The translations under genes and the position numbers were made by a program. A stretch of 40,427 nucleotides of DNA from an uncultured Gimesia sp. (GTDB lineage: Bacteria; Planctomycetota; Planctomycetia; Planctomycetales; Planctomycetaceae), in NCBI RefSeq assembly GCF_937919775.1, contig NZ_CALFPF010000429.1, forward strand, positions 1-40,427, read 5' to 3'. Of this stretch, positions 20,145 to 30,017 are shown piece after piece. The notes beneath the pieces were generated by a model. That model did no database searches and was not told the DNA's origin. It saw only the letters and a list, made by a program, of their open reading frames with translations. The first letter of the stretch is position 1. Each line of letters opens with the position of its first letter.

Positions 20145-21494
20145 ATGAGCAACTCCATCAACCGTCGTTCGTTTCTGGGTACTTCACTGGGCGTCGCCAC
20201 TACCGGATTAGGAGTGGCTGCTGCATCACATTTGTCGGCCGCGGAAGAGAAAGAAACACCACCAGCCACCCCGGTAAAACAAAAACCGATTCAGAACGAG
20301 ACGATTCTGCACGCGCGAAAAGTGGCGCTCGACATTTTGAAACCCACGCCCAAGCAACTGGAGCACGGCCTGCAGCTGCATGCGGATTCGCTGGTGTTTG
20401 ACTCTTACGGTTTTGCACCACGGGCCGCCATTGACGGAGACAAGTTGGCCGCAGCGATTAAAGAGGATGCCTCGCCTCAGGAACTGCAGGACTTAAGAGA
20501 AGACATGGGCATGACGCGCTGCGTGACCGACCCGGCAGAGCATCGCGAATTCAAAGAAGCCTTCGATGCGGCCGGCGTGACCTGTATTTTTCAGAACGCC
20601 GGCGAGGAAGGGCAGGACCCCCTGCGGCTGCTCAAACGGCTGGCGCGGTTTACTTATACGACGGATATGCTCGCCGATTTTGTTTCCAAGGCGGTGACTC
20701 CCGCTGATATTCTGGATGCGAAAAAAGAAGGCCGCCACTGTTTATATCTGACGGGAAACGGGGTCCCGCTGACGCAACAGTGGGAAACCACAACCGACGA
20801 AATGAAGTACATGCGGATCTTTTATCAGTTGGGCATTCGCATGATGCACATGACTTACAACCGCCGCAATATGCTCGGCGACGGCTGTGCCGAACCGGCG
20901 AACGCGGGTTTAAGCGACTTCGGCCGAACCGTGGTCGGCGAAATGAATCGGCTGGGAATCATCCCCGACGTGGCGCATTCCGGCTGGCAGACCAGTCTGG
21001 AAACCGCGCAGGTTTCGACGCGGCCCGTGGTCGCCAGTCACTCCACCTGCGCCACCTTGCATCACCATATTCGCAGTAAACCCGACAACGTGATCAAGGC
21101 CATCGTTGATACCGGTGGCTTGATCGGCATCTGCTGCATTCCCCGTTATCTGGGCGGTACAGGCGACATCAATGCATTACTGGACCAGATCGATTATGTG
21201 GTGAAAAAGTTTGGCATCGATCATGTGGCCATAGGCACCGATGTCTCTTACACCTCACGCAATAGTGCATTAGAGAGCAAAAAAGTTCCCCGCGCACCAA
21301 GGTCGCGGACTCCCTGGCGGAGTTTGTGGCCCGCCGATCCGTTTGTCGAAACCCCGGAGATGCGGATCAGTGTTTCCTGGACGAACTGGCCTTTGTATAC
21401 CGTCGGTCTGGTTCAGCGTGGATACTCTGATGCTGACATCCAGAAAATTATCGGCGGCAATATTCTGCGGGTCTGTCAGCAGTCATTTACCTGA
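20145..21494 (+). CDS. Tat-exported membrane dipeptidase (M19)-family amidohydrolase
   Basis: NRRSFLG Tat motif, MTYNRRN, GLSDFG, DVAH, ASHS, AIGTD and IIGGNILRV. Confidence 0.87.
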   Translation: MSNSINRRSFLGTSLGVATTGLGVAAASHLSAAEEKETPPATPVKQKPIQNETILHARKVALDILKPTPKQLEHGLQLHADSLVFDSYGFAPRAAIDGDKLAAAIKEDASPQELQDLREDMGMTRCVTDPAEHREFKEAFDAAGVTCIFQNAGEEGQDPLRLLKRLARFTYTTDMLADFVSKAVTPADILDAKKEGRHCLYLTGNGVPLTQQWETTTDEMKYMRIFYQLGIRMMHMTYNRRNMLGDGCAEPANAGLSDFGRTVVGEMNRLGIIPDVAHSGWQTSLETAQVSTRPVVASHSTCATLHHHIRSKPDNVIKAIVDTGGLIGICCIPRYLGGTGDINALLDQIDYVVKKFGIDHVAIGTDVSYTSRNSALESKKVPRAPRSRTPWRSLWPADPFVETPEMRISVSWTNWPLYTVGLVQRGYSDADIQKIIGGNILRVCQQSFT

Positions 21495-21536
21495 AACGCG
21501 ATACCAGAATCATCTCCCTCGAAGTGAGTCCCTACT

Positions 21537-22304
21537 ATGAGAGTGTTAATCACAGGAGCCGCTGGTTATGTCGGCCGTTATTTCGCGCGTCACTGGCAGA
21601 CCGACGACGAACTGATTCTGGGAGACATTCACCCGGACCAGAATGACCCGCGTTTTATTCCCCTGGATATCACCGACCCGACACAGACGCGGGCTGCCAT
21701 GCAGAACATAGACGCCGTCATTCACCTCGCGAAACAGGCCGATGAAGGCCCGATGGAAGGGGATGACCTGAACGGAAAACGGTTCGACGTCAACGTGAAA
21801 GGGACGTTTAATCTGCTGCAGGCGGCTCACGAGGCCGGCGTGAAACGGTTCATCTTTACCAGCACGGTGATGACGGTGCTCGGTTATCAGGCGCCGCAGT
21901 GGGTCGAATCGGATGCCGCGCCGCTGCCTGTCGGCTCGTATGCACTGACGAAACAACTGTGCGAAGTGATGTGTGCGCATTATGCGCGTGAGTTTGGTAT
22001 GTCAATCGTCTGCCTGCGGATTCCCAAACCCGTTGATCTGGAACACCCGCTCTGGAAAACACACCCTCTCCGTCCGCAGTGGGTTCCGTTCCCCGATCTG
22101 ATGCAGGCCTATCAGAAATCACTGACCGCAGAGGTCGCGGGTTGCGAGGTCATCACCATCGTGGGAGAAAGTTCGCAGCGTCGCTGGGATCTGAGTAAAG
22201 CGCAGAGAATACTGGGTTATCAGCCGACGGTCATTCCCGAAGAACTGGGGTTCCAGATGGGCAGCGAAGACCAGCCGATCCCCCCTGAATCGACTTACGC
22301 TTGA
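21537..22304 (+). CDS. NAD-dependent epimerase/dehydratase (extended SDR, uronate dehydrogenase-like)
   Basis: TGAAGYVG, VIHLA, FTST and YALTK motifs. Confidence 0.88.
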   Translation: MRVLITGAAGYVGRYFARHWQTDDELILGDIHPDQNDPRFIPLDITDPTQTRAAMQNIDAVIHLAKQADEGPMEGDDLNGKRFDVNVKGTFNLLQAAHEAGVKRFIFTSTVMTVLGYQAPQWVESDAAPLPVGSYALTKQLCEVMCAHYAREFGMSIVCLRIPKPVDLEHPLWKTHPLRPQWVPFPDLMQAYQKSLTAEVAGCEVITIVGESSQRRWDLSKAQRILGYQPTVIPEELGFQMGSEDQPIPPESTYA

Positions 22305-22328
22305 AAATAAATGACTCGAATTGCGCGG

Positions 22329-23258
22329 CTATTTTTCGATCCGGCAGTAAGGGAGTGCTTTTTCGAGTTTGGAAATTCCGTCTTCGGTGAGTTCCGTGCC
22401 GTCGATGTAAAGCGTACCCAGGTTTTTCATCTTTTTGAGAGACGGGATACACTTATCGTTCACAAGGGTATTCCGCAGATTCATATCGACCATATTCTCA
22501 AGCACCTTGATTTCCGAGATGCCGTTATTGGTGACCTGAGTATCATTCAGTTCCAGCCATTCCATATCGGTCATCTTTATCAGGTACTTCATACCATCGT
22601 CTGTGACGGCAGTATTTCGCAGCCAGAGTCGCTGCAGGCGAGTGAGACCTTTAATATGCTTGAGTCCTTCATCGGAAATATGGGTATCACGCAGTAGAAG
22701 AACGCGCAATTTTTTCAAGCCTTTGACATGCGCCAGAGCGGCATCAGTAATCTGGGTCTCTGATAAACCCAATGTTTCCAGGCTCTTCAGGTCGGCAACA
22801 TGCGCCAGCCCCTCATCTGTGATTTCCAGCCCGGTAAGAAAAAGTTCTTTGAGGTTGTCCAACCCTTTCAGGTGCTTCAAACCGGCATCCGTGACCTTGG
22901 TGCGCGAAAGATTGAGGACTTCCAGATTGGTCAGTTTTTTGAATTCCGCCAGACCTGCATCTGAAACCGGAATGCCGTGCAGTGAAATTTCACGCAGACT
23001 TTTCAACGGCTTGAGATGGACCATCCCATCATCCGTGATTTTGGAACCGGACAGATCCAGTTTCCGCAGCTTTGACAGGCGCCCCAGATAAACCAGGCCT
23101 CCGTCGACCAGCTTGGAACCGGAAAACGAGACCTGGGCGATATTGCCGTTGTAGTCCATTTTCAAATTGGCGCTGATTTCCTTCAGCGCTTTGATATCGG
23201 TTTCCAGCGTTGATTCCTTAGGAACGTCTTCCTCTGAATCCGTGGCAGCTTTACTCAT
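22329..23258 (-). CDS. Leucine-rich repeat protein (about ten 24-aa repeats)
   Basis: Repeats of LxxLxxLxxLxLxxTxITDxGLxH with an LEKALPYCRI cap. Confidence 0.93.
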   Translation of the reverse strand: MSKAATDSEEDVPKESTLETDIKALKEISANLKMDYNGNIAQVSFSGSKLVDGGLVYLGRLSKLRKLDLSGSKITDDGMVHLKPLKSLREISLHGIPVSDAGLAEFKKLTNLEVLNLSRTKVTDAGLKHLKGLDNLKELFLTGLEITDEGLAHVADLKSLETLGLSETQITDAALAHVKGLKKLRVLLLRDTHISDEGLKHIKGLTRLQRLWLRNTAVTDDGMKYLIKMTDMEWLELNDTQVTNNGISEIKVLENMVDMNLRNTLVNDKCIPSLKKMKNLGTLYIDGTELTEDGISKLEKALPYCRIEK

Positions 23259-23698
23259 TTTGATAATCCGTTAGGAATAGATAAGAACTGTTATGATGAA
23301 GGCTTATCCATCACCTGGCTTAATATGGTGTTCATAATAACATATTCGAGTGGCTTTATGAATACATTTTTCCGGTAGAGAGTGCTGTCTTTTTTTTATA
23401 ACAGCCCGCAATTCTAATATACACATTAATCATAAAAATCGCATGTGAACGAACGATTTTTATTGGGGAATACCGAACTGCCGTCTCCGGGGGTCATTTT
23501 TTACCCGGTTTTGACCAGTTCAGCTTGCGCAGGATCAAGGCAAACGTCTCCTGACCATTGCCGGGATGCGGGCCATCGAAATGTTTTTGACACTCTCAAT
23601 AAACGCGACATGGCTGCTGAAATCACGGTGTCACTTTTGTGGACGGAACGCAGGTGACCTTGGCAACGCGTTGAGTTCATACAGGACTGAGCGTCTCT

Positions 23699-24433
23699 CT
23701 ATTCGACTTTTTTACCGAACAACAGAATTTCATCAAAATTACCGGTATCATCAAACGAGCCAATCCCCACGCGTCCCGATAAAAATGTTTTGTCCGTTGC
23801 CGTCATAACCGGTTCCTGCATGTTATCAAAATAAATTTTGATCGAGCCCGATTCCGTATCGCGGACCACGCGCGCGTGATGCCATTCATCATCCCAGTTC
23901 GTGCCCGGCGTGGTTTTCGTGGAAATCTTGGTTCGGGGTTTGTCGTTGACAATGAAAATCTGGTTGGCGTGATCGTCCATTTTTTTGCCGAAATGCACAT
24001 AATAAAAATGCGAATCATCCTGATAGCCGAAGAACAGGCATAAGGACCGATGCCCATAATCGGGAATCGTCGATTGTAATTTCACATCGAAAATAAAATC
24101 GCTGACAGAAATGTTTTTCAGCAACGCACGGTTATAAGGCGAGCGCACCGGCGGTTCGAAGTTGCTCTTTTTCGTGATCAGACTGAAGACCTGATTGTCT
24201 CCCTGCTGGATCATTTTCCAGGCTTTGTCGTCGGTCGGTTCCCAGTGTTTTGAATTTCCTGACTGAAAATTCTCGTGAAACAGCAAAGGCAGCCCCTGCA
24301 TGCTTTTCGGGATCTGGTCTTTCTCAAGCGTTTTCAACGGCGCCGGTTCTTTGGCCTCACTCGAACTGATTTCCAGAGAGGTCAACATCATCAGCCCGGT
24401 CATCAGGCTCGCAGAGAGAAGTGAACGCAACAT
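23699..24433 (-). CDS. Secreted beta-sandwich protein (ConA-like / DUF1080-like)
   Basis: CAGGAG RBS, signal peptide, WHHARVVR, IKIYFD and GRVGIGSFDDTGNFDEI. Confidence 0.65.
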   Translation of the reverse strand: MLRSLLSASLMTGLMMLTSLEISSSEAKEPAPLKTLEKDQIPKSMQGLPLLFHENFQSGNSKHWEPTDDKAWKMIQQGDNQVFSLITKKSNFEPPVRSPYNRALLKNISVSDFIFDVKLQSTIPDYGHRSLCLFFGYQDDSHFYYVHFGKKMDDHANQIFIVNDKPRTKISTKTTPGTNWDDEWHHARVVRDTESGSIKIYFDNMQEPVMTATDKTFLSGRVGIGSFDDTGNFDEILLFGKKVE

Positions 24434-24568
24434 GGAGTAGCTCCTGTTTCAATAGAAAATCGCAGCCGCAGAATCTCTGCGCATTACAGGACGCGCAGAA
24501 ATTCCCGGATGAGGTTTGAGATTCTGACCTTGTTTCAGAATCTATGAGACAGGATTTCGCCCTGATTT

Positions 24569-25861
24569 TCAAGCATCAGGCTGATCCCGGGACTGGCGCG
24601 GAGGCCCCTCTCCCGGATTTCGGCCGCGGGGAGGCCGGTCTCCACGGTCTTTGGGGCCATCGAGGCGACGTTCTTTCACATCCTGCATGCGTTCTCTGAC
24701 CCCTTGCCGTAACGAGCCTTCGAAAGCGGGCCCTTTCAGATCAAACTCGCCGATCAGTTGATTAAATTCGCCGGATCGACTGCGAATCGTTTTCCTGATC
24801 TTTTCCGGCAGATGTTCCCGAAAGTACATCAACTTCAGTTTTTCCTGAAGTTCTTCCGGCGGATATTTCATCAGGTAATCTTTGGTTTTGGTATCTAATT
24901 CTGTCTCAAAAAACTTCTGCAGCTCCGCGTCGGTCGGATGGAATTGCTCCAGTTCCTGTTTGATAGAATTGATCAACTGGTCCAGTAGTCCTTTTGCTAA
25001 AAAGAACGAGACCTGCATCCTCTGCCGATCTACTTCGCGGGGAACTGGTCTGGGGCTGCGCTGCTCTTCGGAATAGCGGAACGAATATTTTTTTTCGGCC
25101 AGCAACTTTTGAATGCTTTTCACAACTTCCGGAGGAGGCCAGTCAGTCCGCATTTCTTTGTCAGGTGCTTTGCGGTTTCTCAAAGGAGCTGCCATTTTTA
25201 AAACAGCCAGCGAACGTTCAAAATCAGACAACTGATTCTTTGGTTTGGGGTAATCCACCGGACCTGGCAAACTGTGTTCGATCATGCCGACGACTTCGTT
25301 AAAGAGCTCCGGCGGTGGCGGTTGAATCCAGATAAACATCATGCGCGGCTCTCGGGGGTTGATATCAATCATTCTTAACATCTCAAAATCAGTCCGGCCG
25401 CCACGGCGGTTCGAACGATTACCGTGAGCACGAAATTTGCGAATCAACTCCATGCGCTCTTCCGTAGTTCCCGCTTTGCGCAAGTCTTCCTGCTCCCACG
25501 GAGAGAGTGTATTGACCCACTCGTTGTAAGAATGCATGACCCGGTTCAGTTCCGGATGATGGAGTGTCGCTTCATGGATTTTCTGATAACGCTGTTTTTC
25601 CTCGGGCGTGAGTTGTTGAAACTTTTCGTAATTGCGTTTTAACTGTTCTCGCTCCGCAGGAGACATGGTTTCAATTTTTTTGCGGCTGTCCTGTTCCTGA
25701 CCTGCATCCGGCTCACTGGCTCCCAGTAACACCATGACACAGAGAACCGTGCCCAGCCCCAGCCCCGCAGCGCGTAACAAAACCAAACCCCAGCGGATAT
25801 CCGGAGTCTGCGAGGCTGCCTGAAGACGCCCTTTATCGACTTTGCTGTTGCGCGGTTTCAT
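24569..25861 (-). CDS. Membrane-anchored or exported charged helical protein (DUF3106-like N-terminal repeats)
   Basis: N-terminal hydrophobic segment and MSPAEREQL / LTPEEKQRY / LSPWEQEDL repeats. Start at 25861 follows CAGGA and overlaps the anti-sigma end. Confidence 0.7.
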   Translation of the reverse strand: MKPRNSKVDKGRLQAASQTPDIRWGLVLLRAAGLGLGTVLCVMVLLGASEPDAGQEQDSRKKIETMSPAEREQLKRNYEKFQQLTPEEKQRYQKIHEATLHHPELNRVMHSYNEWVNTLSPWEQEDLRKAGTTEERMELIRKFRAHGNRSNRRGGRTDFEMLRMIDINPREPRMMFIWIQPPPPELFNEVVGMIEHSLPGPVDYPKPKNQLSDFERSLAVLKMAAPLRNRKAPDKEMRTDWPPPEVVKSIQKLLAEKKYSFRYSEEQRSPRPVPREVDRQRMQVSFFLAKGLLDQLINSIKQELEQFHPTDAELQKFFETELDTKTKDYLMKYPPEELQEKLKLMYFREHLPEKIRKTIRSRSGEFNQLIGEFDLKGPAFEGSLRQGVRERMQDVKERRLDGPKDRGDRPPRGRNPGEGPPRQSRDQPDA

Positions 25862-26363
25862 TGAATGTTCCTGATTTCCGAAGTTCTTCCAGAAATTCCA
25901 GACTTTGTACTTCCGAGTAAGTGTCAAGGTTTTCGATAAACGAAAACTCTTTCAGCAATGGTTCTGACTCGTCAGGCAGCCATTGATTGGTCATCAGATA
26001 TCCTAAAAAGATCGAGCCTGCCAGACCGAGCATCCAGCCGCCGAAAATCGCAGCCCTGCGAAGTTGTGCCTGCGATTTTTTGCTTAACGAAAAACCGGAC
26101 CGGTTCTGTTCTTCGGCCGCTTCAGCTTCCAGTTGAATGGTTTTGATCGTCGAGAGTGTATTATTGGTGAATTCAGTCGATGCTCTGGCAATCGGCAGTT
26201 TATCCAGCAACTCCCAGGTCCGTTCCAATGCATCGACGTGCGCACGCGTTTCCTCGTCAGTCGAGAGAGACTGTTCCACCTCGATCGCTTCCTGCTCACT
26301 CACCTCGCCATCGAGATAAGCAACCAGCTTTTCGAGTTCCTGTTCATTCAGCTCTTTGTTCAT
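25833..26363 (-). CDS. Single-TM anti-sigma factor
   Basis: LVAYLDGE...VEQSL...LERTWELL anti-sigma domain, one TM, directly downstream of the ECF sigma gene. Confidence 0.85.
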   Translation of the reverse strand: MNKELNEQELEKLVAYLDGEVSEQEAIEVEQSLSTDEETRAHVDALERTWELLDKLPIARASTEFTNNTLSTIKTIQLEAEAAEEQNRSGFSLSKKSQAQLRRAAIFGGWMLGLAGSIFLGYLMTNQWLPDESEPLLKEFSFIENLDTYSEVQSLEFLEELRKSGTFNETAQQQSR

Positions 26364-26395
26364 CGGAGGACTCTATTGAGAATTCCTGTTTTGAT

Positions 26396-27013
26396 TTAAC
26401 CGTAAATATGTTTTTCGAGTTGAACCCGTAAATTTTCCCGGGCGCGTGACAATAACGATTTCACAGCCGCTTCGGACAGTTTCATCGCCGTCCCGATATC
26501 TGCGTAACTCATGCCTTCAAATTTATGCAGTAGCACCGCCATCTGCTGCCGCTCATTCAGTGTTTCCAATGCCTGACGCACAACGGCCTGAGTCTCCTTC
26601 AGGCCAACCTGACGCGCTGGCATCAACCCGGATTTTTCCATCAGCAACTGCTCTTCCGGCCTGATACTGAGCGGACCGGAATCCTGGGGATTGAGCGTCA
26701 CCTCTTTGCGGCGTCCTTTGTTCCTGCGCGAATTGCTGGCCAGATTATTGGCAATCCGAAACAGCCACGTGGAAAATTTGGCCTTGGGTTCATAATTCGC
26801 GCGTGAACGATAGATTCGCAAAAAGACATCCTGGGCCAGATCTTCTGCTGCTTCCTGATTTCCCAGCAGATGGCAAAATATTCCGACAATCCGGTCCTGG
26901 TAAGTCGCAACCAGTTCAGTGAACGCACCTTCATCGCCCCCCTTGGCGCGCAACATCAATTGCACGTCCGGATCTCGCAAGTAGGGTGAATTCAAGATTT
27001 CCGTTGTAACCAC
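26396..27013 (-). CDS. ECF RNA polymerase sigma factor
   Basis: AEDLAQDVFL and FSTWLFRIANN (region 2); EGMSYADI and VKSLLSRAR (region 4). Confidence 0.95.
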   Translation of the reverse strand: MVTTEILNSPYLRDPDVQLMLRAKGGDEGAFTELVATYQDRIVGIFCHLLGNQEAAEDLAQDVFLRIYRSRANYEPKAKFSTWLFRIANNLASNSRRNKGRRKEVTLNPQDSGPLSIRPEEQLLMEKSGLMPARQVGLKETQAVVRQALETLNERQQMAVLLHKFEGMSYADIGTAMKLSEAAVKSLLSRARENLRVQLEKHIYG

Positions 27014-27058
27014 GACTGACTTCAGACTCCCTCTACGGGGGTAAATGACCCGCCTGTA

Positions 27059-27086
27059 TTAAACACGCAGCATAACAAAAAGTTTC
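27059..27086 (-). promoter_or_regulatory. Candidate ECF-type promoter for the sigma operon
   Basis: Minus strand GAAACTT-N15-GTTTAA, about 45 nt upstream of the start; resembles ECF -35 AAC / -10 architecture. Confidence 0.35.
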
Positions 27087-27340
27087 TCACAGAGTTTGGG
27101 AGAAACCCGTTTTTGTCTGTTTTCATGCAAGATCGTAACCGTTATCGTCGCTAAACTTACAGGTTAACACAAGTTGACTTTGAGAGAATCTTTGATTCTA
27201 CGACCGCAATCTCGCCTGATAAATTCTTTTCGCAGGTAGTCCGCAGGTTTGTCTCGGTTATGATAGAAGTAATTGCCACAGCATTTACTTCGCTGAGTTC
27301 TCTGCTGCCTTCCTATATGAGGACCCGCTGAGGAAGTTTT

Positions 27341-28519
27341 ATGACGCTGAATTCACTGCCTTTGAGTTATTGCACCAACGTGCATCCGGGTTTGACCGTT
27401 GCGGAAGTCCTGCAGAAACTGGATGAGTTTACGATTCCGATCCAGCAACAGTTAGACGCTCCGCTTGCCGCCGGCCTCTGGTTGGCAGAACCTGTCATTC
27501 AGGAAATTCTGGCGGCGCCGGAAGGGCATTTGCGCTTTGCGGAAGAAATTCACAAACGGGGACTGACCTGCTACACGTTAAATGCATTTCCCTTTGGAAA
27601 TTTTCACAGCGACCGCGTGAAGGAAAACGTGTATCTGCCCGACTGGTCTGAACCGGAACGGCTCGAATACACCAAAGGGTGCGCCCGGGTGTTGTCGGCG
27701 CTGTTGCCCGAAGAGACGGAAGGCAGCATTTCCACGGTCCCTCTCGGATTCAAACAATTTGAGCATGCGTCTGATTTCAGTGCGACGTGCGTTGAACAAT
27801 TAATCGAAATGGCCATCTTTCTCAAACAGCTGAAAGCTGAAACCGGCAGAACCATTCGTCTGGCAATTGAACCGGAGCCGTTCTGCGTTATCGAATTTAC
27901 ACACGAGCTGATTCTATTTTTCGAACGACTGTATGAACGCGCCGCGAAAAAACAGGTGCTGGGAACCGTCAGAGAATATCTGGGGGCCTGTTACGATATC
28001 TGTCATCAGGCCGTCGAGTTTGAAGATATTCCCGGTTCGATCCGGCAGATCGCCCATGCGGAAATCCGGATTAATAAAATTCATATTTCGAACGCCATTG
28101 AACTCGTCAATCCGTGGGAAAATGAAGATGGCCGCAATCTGCTCGCACAGTACGCCGAGCCCCGCTATCTGCATCAGACGATTGGCTGCTTCAAAACCGG
28201 CGATCTGTATCGGATTGTCGATTTAACCCGCGACTTTTTACTGGACCCTGATCCACGATTAAAAGACACCGAACGACTGCGGGTGCATTTTCATGTGCCC
28301 ATTAATGCAGAATCACTGGGGCCATTGGGAACGACTCATCGGGAATTGAGACAGGCCCTGGCAACGGTTAAAGAACTCGACTACGCGCCGCATCTGGAAG
28401 TGGAAACCTACACCTGGGAAGTACTGCCCGGCGATCAGAAACCGAAACTGGTCGAAGGACTGACGCGCGAGCTGCAGGCGGCCCGGAGCCTTCTGAACAC
28501 GCTCTCTGATATTGACTGA
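27341..28519 (+). CDS. eboE: EboE-family TIM-barrel protein
   Basis: SYCTNVHP, TLNAFPFGNFH..VKENVYLPDW, LAIEPEP, EPRYLHQ, RVHFHVP and HLEVETYTW. Confidence 0.88.
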   Translation: MTLNSLPLSYCTNVHPGLTVAEVLQKLDEFTIPIQQQLDAPLAAGLWLAEPVIQEILAAPEGHLRFAEEIHKRGLTCYTLNAFPFGNFHSDRVKENVYLPDWSEPERLEYTKGCARVLSALLPEETEGSISTVPLGFKQFEHASDFSATCVEQLIEMAIFLKQLKAETGRTIRLAIEPEPFCVIEFTHELILFFERLYERAAKKQVLGTVREYLGACYDICHQAVEFEDIPGSIRQIAHAEIRINKIHISNAIELVNPWENEDGRNLLAQYAEPRYLHQTIGCFKTGDLYRIVDLTRDFLLDPDPRLKDTERLRVHFHVPINAESLGPLGTTHRELRQALATVKELDYAPHLEVETYTWEVLPGDQKPKLVEGLTRELQAARSLLNTLSDID

Positions 28520-28530
28520 AGCAACCAACC

Positions 28531-29631
28531 ATGCGTGATCTATTACTCAAACTGGAACAAGCCGTCCGGCAGCAGCAGCCCGTCTGTTATACCTGTCTGG
28601 TAGAAACGCGCGGATCAACGCCTCAGAAACCGGGCGCCGCCATGCTGATCTTTCGCGACGGTTCGCAGGTTGGCACACTGGGCGGGGGCTGCGTGGAAGC
28701 CGAAGTCAAACGCCGCGCGTTAAGACTGATCGATGCCGACACGCCGGAAATCATGACCTTCCAACTCGACAGCGACTACGGCTGGGACGACGGCTTGATT
28801 TGCGGCGGTCGCATGAAGGTGCTCGTAGACCCTGTCAGAACAGCAGACGACTTGCCGTATTTCAATGCCATGCTGCAACTGCTGGAGAGTGACCAGGGCT
28901 GCACGGAAGCCATCGTTCTCAACCCCGAAACAGCAGAGGGGGCGAGTGAGACCGACCGCTTTCTGATCGATGCGAATTCGAAAATTGTCGCCTGGCGCGG
29001 CAGGCAGGAACCACCGGCGCAATTATGGGAAGGCCTCAAGCCGATCCAGAACCGCCCCCGACCTTATGTGAATGCGGGCATCGCCTATCTGACCTTTCAT
29101 CAGACGTGCCAGCTGGTCATCGTCGGCTGTGGTCATATCGGGCAGAAAGTGGCAGAACTGGCCAGCGACGTCGGATTTGAAATCATCGCCGTTGACGATC
29201 GTCAGGAATACTGCAATGCCGAACGCTTTCCCGCCGCGAAACAATTGATCGTCGGAAATTTCGATTCGGCACTCTCAGATTTTTCTGTCAATCGGGACAC
29301 CTTCATCATCATCGTCACCCGCGGACATAATCACGACGAAGAAGCATTAGGGCATCTCGCAGAAACGCCGGCGCGTTACATCGGTATGATTGGCAGCAAA
29401 CGCAAAGTGAAACTGATCTTCGAAGATCTGCTGCGGACCGGTACGCCACGCGAGGCACTCGCAAAAGTCCACGCGCCGCTCGGATTCGACATCGGCTCGC
29501 AAACCGTGCCGGAAATTGCACTGAGTATCGTCGCCGAACTGATCGCCTACCGAAACCTGGATACGATCCCCGCAGGATATCAACGAACGAGCCTGGTGGA
29601 AGAAATCAAAGTGTCGAACAAAACCGGTTAG
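28531..29631 (+). CDS. xdhC: XdhC/CoxI-family molybdoenzyme accessory protein
   Basis: GSTPQKPGA, GTLGGGCVE, GLICGG, VGCGHIG, VTRGHNHD, YIGMIGSKRK and APLGFDIG. Confidence 0.92.
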   Translation: MRDLLLKLEQAVRQQQPVCYTCLVETRGSTPQKPGAAMLIFRDGSQVGTLGGGCVEAEVKRRALRLIDADTPEIMTFQLDSDYGWDDGLICGGRMKVLVDPVRTADDLPYFNAMLQLLESDQGCTEAIVLNPETAEGASETDRFLIDANSKIVAWRGRQEPPAQLWEGLKPIQNRPRPYVNAGIAYLTFHQTCQLVIVGCGHIGQKVAELASDVGFEIIAVDDRQEYCNAERFPAAKQLIVGNFDSALSDFSVNRDTFIIIVTRGHNHDEEALGHLAETPARYIGMIGSKRKVKLIFEDLLRTGTPREALAKVHAPLGFDIGSQTVPEIALSIVAELIAYRNLDTIPAGYQRTSLVEEIKVSNKTG

Positions 29632-29657
29632 CTCCATCCGTTGATTCTCAGCAGCGG

Positions 29658-30017
29658 TTATTCTTCCCAGTCGTCGGAATCTTCATAGTCCCGTTCTTCG
29701 GCGGAGCGCACTTCATCGGTTTTTGAATCACCGCGACGAAAGACAGCTACGACATCTTCGATCGGCACCACGAACAGCACGTTATCCGGCTCGAAATCTA
29801 CGGGAATGGCTTCGCTGGGATTGAACAGCACCTTATCGTATTTCTTGATCGGAAAGTCTTCATCCCGCGCGATCTGGACGCTGATTTCCACAATGCGTCC
29901 GGTGATATTCGGAATCTCCGCCTTGTCGGGAAGGACAATCCCCCCCTTCGTCGTCTGCCGACTTTCGTCTTTACGAATGAGGATTCTCATTCCCAGAGGT
30001 TCAACCCAGTCAGACAC
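29658..30017 (-). CDS. groES: Divergent GroES/Cpn10-family co-chaperonin
   Basis: PLGMRILIR, TTKGGIVLPD mobile loop, DKVLF and EDVVAV. GTG start at 30017 follows GGGAGAG. Confidence 0.82.
   Translation of the reverse strand: MSDWVEPLGMRILIRKDESRQTTKGGIVLPDKAEIPNITGRIVEISVQIARDEDFPIKKYDKVLFNPSEAIPVDFEPDNVLFVVPIEDVVAVFRRGDSKTDEVRSAEERDYEDSDDWEE

Noticed and set aside
22329-23258. LRR protein as a eukaryote-like effector
   Set aside because: This 24-aa LRR class is common in planctomycetes, and no secretion signal or effector domain is present.
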